From assembly GCF_043950625.1 (NCBI RefSeq), contig NZ_CP171007.1: a stretch of DNA of 32,000 bases. One strand, 5' to 3'. The position numbers and the translations under genes were made by a program. The notes beneath the pieces are model-generated. The model saw only the letters and a program-made list of their open reading frames with translations, was not told the DNA's origin and ran no database searches. Below, in pieces: positions 26,142 to 32,000 of the stretch (its first letter is position 1; each line of letters opens with the position of its first letter). The stretch is from Alkanindiges sp. WGS2144 (GTDB lineage Bacteria; Pseudomonadota; Gammaproteobacteria; Pseudomonadales; Moraxellaceae).

Positions 26142-26951
26142 TCAAACAATGGGAACATTAAATGGGGTCAGGCGTGCATTCTTCTGCCATTGTGCCAAAA
26201 AATCATGCTGACCGGGCACCTGCTCCCTTAAATAATCATGGGTGAGTTGCAGCCATTGTGCGTGTGCCTCATCCGTTAAATGGCCGCGCAGCAATTGCCA
26301 GCGCAGATAGATCAGCCAGGTATTCAGCACATCACTTTCACAATACTGGCATAACTCCTGCCACTGCTGGTTTTTGACATAATCATACACATGATAGCCA
26401 CTTTGCCCCTGCTTACCCGGAAAACCAAGTAGCAGCGCCAGCTCATCGAGTCTTTGAAAATTACGGGCATTAAACTGCGCCAAGCAGTCCATCAAATCAA
26501 TGTGGCAATGATGGTAACGGTTCTGGTAGTTATTATACTTGCGGCTTTGTTCAAACTCACCCTGATCAAACAGGTTTTGCGCGGTTAAACCATATAGCAT
26601 GGCTCTTAACGTAATCACCGGAATATCAAAACCCTTGCCATTCCAGCTGACCAGGCAGGGGAAATGCTGATCCAGACTATTTAAAAAACGGCTGATAATC
26701 TGCTTTTCGCTCAATTCACTTTTGCAAAATGAAAACAGCTTCATGCTGGTCTGGCTTACCCACAAGCCTGAAATACAGACCACCTCATGCAGCGGCAAAC
26801 GTGGAAAATCACTGCCGCATTCCTGGCGACGAATGGCATTCATGGCCAGCACCACGTCCTCATCCGGCAAATCCAGGCCATACAAACGTGCACCTGCCTT
26901 AATGTCAGGAATGGTTTCAATATCAAATACCAATACCGGCAGGTTGAGCAT
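26142..26951 (-). CDS. Stand-alone 3'-5' exonuclease related to the PolB exonuclease domain (DEDDy)
   Basis: Exo I is VFDIETIPD, Exo II is SWNGKGFDIPV and Exo III is YCESDVLNT. No polymerase domain is present (269 aa). Confidence 0.75.
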   Translation of the reverse strand: MLNLPVLVFDIETIPDIKAGARLYGLDLPDEDVVLAMNAIRRQECGSDFPRLPLHEVVCISGLWVSQTSMKLFSFCKSELSEKQIISRFLNSLDQHFPCLVSWNGKGFDIPVITLRAMLYGLTAQNLFDQGEFEQSRKYNNYQNRYHHCHIDLMDCLAQFNARNFQRLDELALLLGFPGKQGQSGYHVYDYVKNQQWQELCQYCESDVLNTWLIYLRWQLLRGHLTDEAHAQWLQLTHDYLREQVPGQHDFLAQWQKNARLTPFNVPIV

Positions 26952-27039
26952 GGCTTGTTCTCTTGGCTACTGGAGCGCGTGCTAGTATACATGGGCTTTT
27001 GGTTTTTTTAGCAGCGCTAATTGGTATAGCAGATTGTAT

Positions 27040-27930
27040 TTATCCGGTTTTTTGTGCCAGCAAGGTAGCAAATCGCTGTTTAATACGATTGCCTTGCTCA
27101 TCCACCCGATGTAATTCGCCTACATCTTCATTATATTTCACCAGCTTCCAGCCTGCATAATAATGATTTAACTCACCCGGCTTAAAACTAAATGGAAAAT
27201 CAGGCTGTACCGGATAATCCCCGGTATCCATGGCACACACAATCAGGTTATAACCACCCGGTTTGGTCGCCTGCTGCATCTGGCTAATCAGCACAGGAAT
27301 AGTATGCGGCTGCAAGAACATCATCACCACGGTGCAATAAATAAAGTCGTACTGCCCGGAGATCGCAGGGTTCTGGTTTAAATCGCGCAGCTGGGTATGA
27401 ATATTATCAATGCTTTCTTTTTCAAGAATATGATTAAGCGTTGCAATACTGTCCAGATTAACATCCCAGGCATCCAGTTTAATACCCTGCTCACCCAATT
27501 GCTGACTTAAATACAGTGCATTACGCCCCTGCCCGCAGCCTACATCCAAGGCACTCACCGCAGTACCGAGGTTTTTTAAATAAGGCAATACGGCAATCAC
27601 CTCGGAGTGCGTGGGGCTAAGCTGATATTTTTTGGCAAAATACTGTTCCGGCAGGCAAAAAAAGCTTAACTGGCATTCGATATCGTCACTGACTCCGGCG
27701 ATCTTGTGCCAGGCTTGCGGCTCAATAAAAGGCGGCTGCTGGCTGACCGAGAAGGTGTGCATTGACGTGACTTCACCCTGCTCACTCAGCAAGGCAAACT
27801 GTAATTCACCCTTGATTACCGTCAGCTTTGCCCAGGTACCCACCTTGGTATTGTGCTGGCGCTGAAATGCCTGCGGCAGCGTTTCTTTGTTCCAGGCCGG
27901 AAGCTGCTTATAGCACACTAAGGATTCCAT
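27040..27930 (-). CDS. tehB: Tellurite-resistance SAM-dependent methyltransferase TehB with N-terminal DUF1971-type domain
   Basis: The N-domain is [39 protein letters not shown] and the methyltransferase motif I is [15 protein letters not shown]. The two-domain layout matches Haemophilus-type TehB. Confidence 0.8.
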   Translation of the reverse strand: MESLVCYKQLPAWNKETLPQAFQRQHNTKVGTWAKLTVIKGELQFALLSEQGEVTSMHTFSVSQQPPFIEPQAWHKIAGVSDDIECQLSFFCLPEQYFAKKYQLSPTHSEVIAVLPYLKNLGTAVSALDVGCGQGRNALYLSQQLGEQGIKLDAWDVNLDSIATLNHILEKESIDNIHTQLRDLNQNPAISGQYDFIYCTVVMMFLQPHTIPVLISQMQQATKPGGYNLIVCAMDTGDYPVQPDFPFSFKPGELNHYYAGWKLVKYNEDVGELHRVDEQGNRIKQRFATLLAQKTG

Positions 27931-28007
27931 GCGTCATTCCTCATCAATAAAGTGAGAGTCCAGCTAGCCTCACTGATCACAGTCTTTAATCAGCAGGCTT
28001 TACAATA

Positions 28008-28940
28008 CTAATCATCCTGCACTGAAAATAAACCCGTGGATAAGTAGCGGTCGCCACGGTCACAAATAATACAAACAATATGCGCCCCAGGATGTTGCTC
28101 GGCAAGCTGAATGGCTGCCCAGGCTGCGCCGCCAGACGATACACCGGCAAAAATGCCTTCCTGACGCGCAAGCTGGCGCATGGTCACTTCTGCCGCATGC
28201 TGGGGAATATCCATGATCTGGTCCACCCGTGATGCATCATAAATAGTCGGCAGGTATTCCTGCGGCCAGCGCCGGATACCCGCAATGGAAGCGCCTTCAC
28301 TGGGTTGCAAGCCGACGACCTGAATAGCCGGGTTTTGTTCTTTTAAAAATTTTGATACGCCCATAATGGTGCCAGTCGTGCCCATGGAGCTGACAAAATG
28401 AGTAATTTTGCCTTCAGTCTGCTGCCAGATTTCAGGGCCAGTCGTCAGATAATGTGCTTTGCTGTTGTCCGGGTTACCAAACTGGTTGAGTACCAGTCCC
28501 TTGCCTTCATGCTGCATTTGTAAGGCCAGATCACGGGCACCTTCCATTCCGGCGGTTTTGGCTGGCACTTCAATAAGCCTTGCACCATACGCTGCCATGG
28601 CATCCTTACGTTCCTGACTCATGTTGTCCGGCATGATTAAAATCATGTTGTAACCACGCATGGCCGCGACCATGGCAAGGGCAATGCCGGTATTACCACT
28701 GGTGGCTTCAATTAAAGTATCACCAGGCTTGATGTCACCGCGACGCTCAGCCTGAATAATCATGTTATAAGCCGGCCTGTCCTTGACTGACCCTGCCGGA
28801 TTATTGCCTTCCAGCTTGGCATATACAGTCGCCCCGGTATGGCTTGCCAGTCGTTGTAAACGTACCAGCGGGGTATTGCCCACATAATGGTCTAAAGAAA
28901 AGCGATCCGGGTTAATCATTGTGGTTTCAAAATCAGCCAT
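28008..28940 (-). CDS. cysM: Cysteine synthase B
   Basis: It is near-collinear with E. coli CysM. Shared blocks include GNTPLVRLQRL, EGNNPAGSVKDRPA (PLP Lys), IEATSGNTGIALA, ITHFVSSMGTTGTI and IICDRGDRYLSTG. Confidence 0.9.
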   Translation of the reverse strand: MADFETTMINPDRFSLDHYVGNTPLVRLQRLASHTGATVYAKLEGNNPAGSVKDRPAYNMIIQAERRGDIKPGDTLIEATSGNTGIALAMVAAMRGYNMILIMPDNMSQERKDAMAAYGARLIEVPAKTAGMEGARDLALQMQHEGKGLVLNQFGNPDNSKAHYLTTGPEIWQQTEGKITHFVSSMGTTGTIMGVSKFLKEQNPAIQVVGLQPSEGASIAGIRRWPQEYLPTIYDASRVDQIMDIPQHAAEVTMRQLARQEGIFAGVSSGGAAWAAIQLAEQHPGAHIVCIICDRGDRYLSTGLFSVQDD

Positions 28941-29086
28941 ACTGCATCACCTGCCCAAAAGTGCATTTATTGTAAAGAAAAAGCCTGCCTGCTGCACGAT
29001 GTTCTGTTGATTTCTAGTTGTCAGGGTGATGGGCTTTGGCGGGATTTCCTTTTATACTCGGGTCAGGTTCTTACTCTAGCACGCTT

Positions 29087-31966
29087 ATGCCTGTCCATTA
29101 TTCCCGCTGGTATCATCGTTTACGCATCACCAATGCCTATGGGCAACTGATTGCACTGATTTTTTTACCTATTATGATTTTGTCATGTGTGGGCGCCAGT
29201 CTGGTATTAATGGAAACGGCACGTTCATCGCGTGCTGAGCAACGTAGCGCGGCCTTTGCCATACTGGCACGTTATCAGCCAACCGCAAAACGGCTGAGTG
29301 TACTGCTGGATCAACCCTCACAACAGGAAAAAGTCCGTTCCATTTTGCAAACCATGCTCAATGAGTCAGATTTGCTCCGGGTAGCCATCATTGATAGCGA
29401 AAGCCGTCCACGCATTTCCTTTGGTTATGGCAGCAATGCAGGCTGGCCAGTGTTTGAAGCGCACCGTGAAACCTTTGGCCCCCTACACTCCAATATTGGC
29501 ACGACCTACGGCCTGCGTGCAGGCTATACCAGCGATGGCCCGGTCTGGCTGATTGTGGATATGGATAATCAGCCGCTACAGCTGGCACGCTACCGGGTCT
29601 GGCTGGTACTGGCAGTGACTGGCTTGCTTACCCTGATGTTGTTGCTGCTGTGCCTGAACTTTTATTCACGACGCTGGATTTCTCCCATTTACGAAATTCG
29701 CCTGCAACTACAGCGCCTGGGAGCCGATACGCTGGGGCAGCAGATTAAAGTCAGTGGTACTGGTGAATTGCGCTTGTTGCAGCTGGATCTGGTCGGACTG
29801 CTACAGCGCCTGCATGAAAGCTTTGAGGAACTCCAGCAGCATACTGAACAAACTGAAGATGATTTGCGTAAAACACTCGATGCGCTGGAAATTCAAAATA
29901 TCACCTATCGCAAGGCACGCGATCAGGCCATTGGCGCCAATCAGGCCAAGTCGGTGTTTTTGGCCAACATCAGCCATGAACTACGCACCCCGCTCAATAG
30001 TATTGATGGTTTTGTCAACTTAATGGCACGTAAAGGCAGCCTCAGCGACCAGCAGCTTATTTATATTCAAACCATTCAAAAATCATCAGCACATCTACTG
30101 GCGCTGGTTAATGACGTGCTGGATTTTTCCAAGATTGATGCCGGCAAACTGGTACTCGAGCAGGCACCTTTTGATCTGGAACAAGCCGTATTTGATGTCA
30201 TCGACATGCTCTCCCCGCTCGCCTGTGAAAAGCGCATTGATATGGCGGTGTATTACTACGAAGACATGCCCAGACAGGTCAATGGTGATGCACTACGCTT
30301 TAAGCAGATTTTGACCAACCTGGTGAGTAATGCGATTAAATTTACCCCGGATGGCGACATTATTGTACGGGCACGCCTGGAAGACAGTAGTGATCAGCAT
30401 TATTTAATTCATGTATCGGTACAGGATAGCGGCATCGGTCTAACAGGTGCTGACCGCAAGCTGCTGTTTGAGTCTTTTTCCCAGGGTGACCCATCCGTAA
30501 CCCGCCAATACGGTGGCACGGGGCTGGGGCTGGCCATTTCGCGCCAGCTGGTGCATTTAATGCAGGGTAAAATTGGCTTTGAGGATAATCAGGAGCGCCA
30601 TCCTACGGACAAGGGCGCCACATTCTGGTTTACCGTGCAGCTGGGTAAAGTCATGGATGAGCAAGACCTGACGGACTGGCCAGACTTAAGTGGCTGGCAG
30701 GTTCTTTCCAGTATTCAGCATCCAGCCAGCGCCAATGTGCTGCGGGGCTATTTAAGCCAGGTTCAGGTTAAACAGCAGGAAGCCCAGTCCCTGCCAGACC
30801 TGTTTGGTCGCCTGAGCAATTTTGAAAAGGAGCGCCATACGCATAGCTGGGTCATTGTAGACAATGGCGGAGATACCGAAGCATTGCTGCGCGAAATCCG
30901 TACTCGCTATCACGGCGCACTGGCGGTGTATGGCTACCAGATGGCACTGGATCCCGATAGCCTGAAACGCTACGATGCCGTGGCTCTATATGAACCCATG
31001 AGCCGCTCTGCCCTGATTGCCATGTTACAGCATGAACAGGTGTATCACAGCCCGCAACCGGAGTTTTCCGGGCATGGGCTGCATGTACTGGCAGTGGATG
31101 ACCACCGGCCTAACCTGATGGTGCTGGAAGCATTGCTCAATGATTTGGGAGTTGAAGTCACCAGCGCCAATAGTGGTCTGGAAGCCCTTGAACTGATTAA
31201 TATACGACACGAAACCCAGCAGCCTGCTTTTGATCTGGTGTTTATGGATATTCAAATGCCACGGATGTCCGGCATTGAAGCCACCCAGGCCATTCGCCTG
31301 CTGGAAAAAGAATGGGGCAGTCATCATCAGTCATTACCTATTGTGGCCTTGAGTGCCCATGTGTTAAGCGATGAAAAGGACAACTTGCTGGCTGCTGGCA
31401 TGAACGATTATGTCAGCAAACCCATTCAGATCAATCAGTTGATCAGGATCTTGAACCAGTGGTCCAGCCTGCCAGCTCCCGTTGAACCATCGGCTGAAGC
31501 ACCTCAACAAAGCGCCAGTACCTTTTATCCGGATGACTTTTCACCAGAAGAGTTTTATCAACCTGCCCGGGAAAACATGCAGTATGACACCCAGCCACAT
31601 ATTCTGGACTGGCCAGAAAGCCTGAGGTTATCAGCCGGTAAAGCCGAACTGGCGCAGGAGTTGCTACAGATGCTGGTTTTCAGTTTTAATGACGAAAAAC
31701 AGCATTTAAAACAGCTCATTGCACAACAGGACTATCAGGAGCTTGAGCAGCGAATTCATCGGATGTATGGCGCCACCCGTTATATTGGATTGCCCAGCCT
31801 GCAAACCATCTCCCGCGCTTTTGAAAAAATGCTTATGGAGCAGCGCAAGTCTGGCCAGCCAGCCGGTAGCAATTTTATGGAAGATATTGATATGTACTAT
31901 CAACAGCTGATTGTCGCCATGAATGAACTGGAAACCGAAGCACAAAAGGTACTTAAATCACGTTAA
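29087..31966 (+). CDS. gacS: Hybrid sensor histidine kinase / response regulator of the GacS/BarA type (TM-periplasmic-TM, HAMP, HisKA, HATPase, REC, HPt)
   Basis: Seen: H-box ISHELRTPLNS, N/G boxes LVSNAIKFTP, DSGIGL and GGTGLGLAIS, receiver DLVFMDIQMPRMSG...KP, and C-terminal HPt HRMYGATRYIGL. The start is uncertain (ATG 29087 versus TTG 29036), and neither has an obvious RBS. Confidence 0.85.
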   Translation: MPVHYSRWYHRLRITNAYGQLIALIFLPIMILSCVGASLVLMETARSSRAEQRSAAFAILARYQPTAKRLSVLLDQPSQQEKVRSILQTMLNESDLLRVAIIDSESRPRISFGYGSNAGWPVFEAHRETFGPLHSNIGTTYGLRAGYTSDGPVWLIVDMDNQPLQLARYRVWLVLAVTGLLTLMLLLLCLNFYSRRWISPIYEIRLQLQRLGADTLGQQIKVSGTGELRLLQLDLVGLLQRLHESFEELQQHTEQTEDDLRKTLDALEIQNITYRKARDQAIGANQAKSVFLANISHELRTPLNSIDGFVNLMARKGSLSDQQLIYIQTIQKSSAHLLALVNDVLDFSKIDAGKLVLEQAPFDLEQAVFDVIDMLSPLACEKRIDMAVYYYEDMPRQVNGDALRFKQILTNLVSNAIKFTPDGDIIVRARLEDSSDQHYLIHVSVQDSGIGLTGADRKLLFESFSQGDPSVTRQYGGTGLGLAISRQLVHLMQGKIGFEDNQERHPTDKGATFWFTVQLGKVMDEQDLTDWPDLSGWQVLSSIQHPASANVLRGYLSQVQVKQQEAQSLPDLFGRLSNFEKERHTHSWVIVDNGGDTEALLREIRTRYHGALAVYGYQMALDPDSLKRYDAVALYEPMSRSALIAMLQHEQVYHSPQPEFSGHGLHVLAVDDHRPNLMVLEALLNDLGVEVTSANSGLEALELINIRHETQQPAFDLVFMDIQMPRMSGIEATQAIRLLEKEWGSHHQSLPIVALSAHVLSDEKDNLLAAGMNDYVSKPIQINQLIRILNQWSSLPAPVEPSAEAPQQSASTFYPDDFSPEEFYQPARENMQYDTQPHILDWPESLRLSAGKAELAQELLQMLVFSFNDEKQHLKQLIAQQDYQELEQRIHRMYGATRYIGLPSLQTISRAFEKMLMEQRKSGQPAGSNFMEDIDMYYQQLIVAMNELETEAQKVLKSR

Positions 31967-32000
31967 CGATAAACTGACCCGGTAGTCAGCTTTTGGCTGC

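Noticed and set aside
27948-27975. A short hairpin (agtgag ... ctcact) downstream of cysM. Other 5-6-bp stems lie after aroE (983-1007), after panC (about 13085-13100) and after gacS (31974-31996).
   Set aside because: The stems are only 5-7 bp with weak or absent U-tracts, which is not enough to call terminators.
1-32000. Scan for tRNA/rRNA genes, CRISPR repeats, IS elements, integrases and long inverted or direct repeats flanking the 18.3-22.1 kb block.
   Set aside because: Nothing was found by eye. There is no T-loop GGTTCGAATCC-type motif in the intergenic regions, no regularly spaced repeats, and no transposase- or integrase-like ORF. A computational repeat and tRNA scan would be needed to be certain.

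Overview
This is a chromosomal, mostly housekeeping window from a gammaproteobacterium. Gene content and order (tonB-exbB-exbD, pcnB-folK-panB-panC, rlmD-relA, a GacS/BarA-type sensor, comEA) look Moraxellaceae/Acinetobacter-like, but that taxonomic guess is inference only. I support 32 protein-coding genes, called from the supplied ORF track plus family motifs read by eye; no database search was run. Several ORF-track starts were trimmed to internal ATGs that have better context. I saw no rRNA, tRNA, CRISPR array, transposase or integrase.

The best candidate for an undescribed system is a four-gene operon at 18493-22038 that encodes only exported or lipid-anchored proteins:
- a TPR-like plus beta-rich protein,
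- a YcfL/DUF1425-type lipoprotein,
- an LpoB/COG3417-type lipoprotein,
- a two-domain protein with an LPP20/FlgT-N-like domain and a second LpoB/CsgG-fold domain.

This operon lies on the opposite strand exactly between relA and mazG, the position where E. coli carries mazEF.

Other points worth a second look:
- a perfect in-frame 63-bp tandem duplication inside tonB;
- a same-strand run of PlsC-like acyltransferase, patatin lipoprotein, NfeD and SPFH genes;
- an orphan PolB-exonuclease-like DEDDy nuclease;
- rapZ-npr detached from the rpoN operon context;
- an NlpE-N-like lipoprotein with a CX6C motif instead of CXXC.
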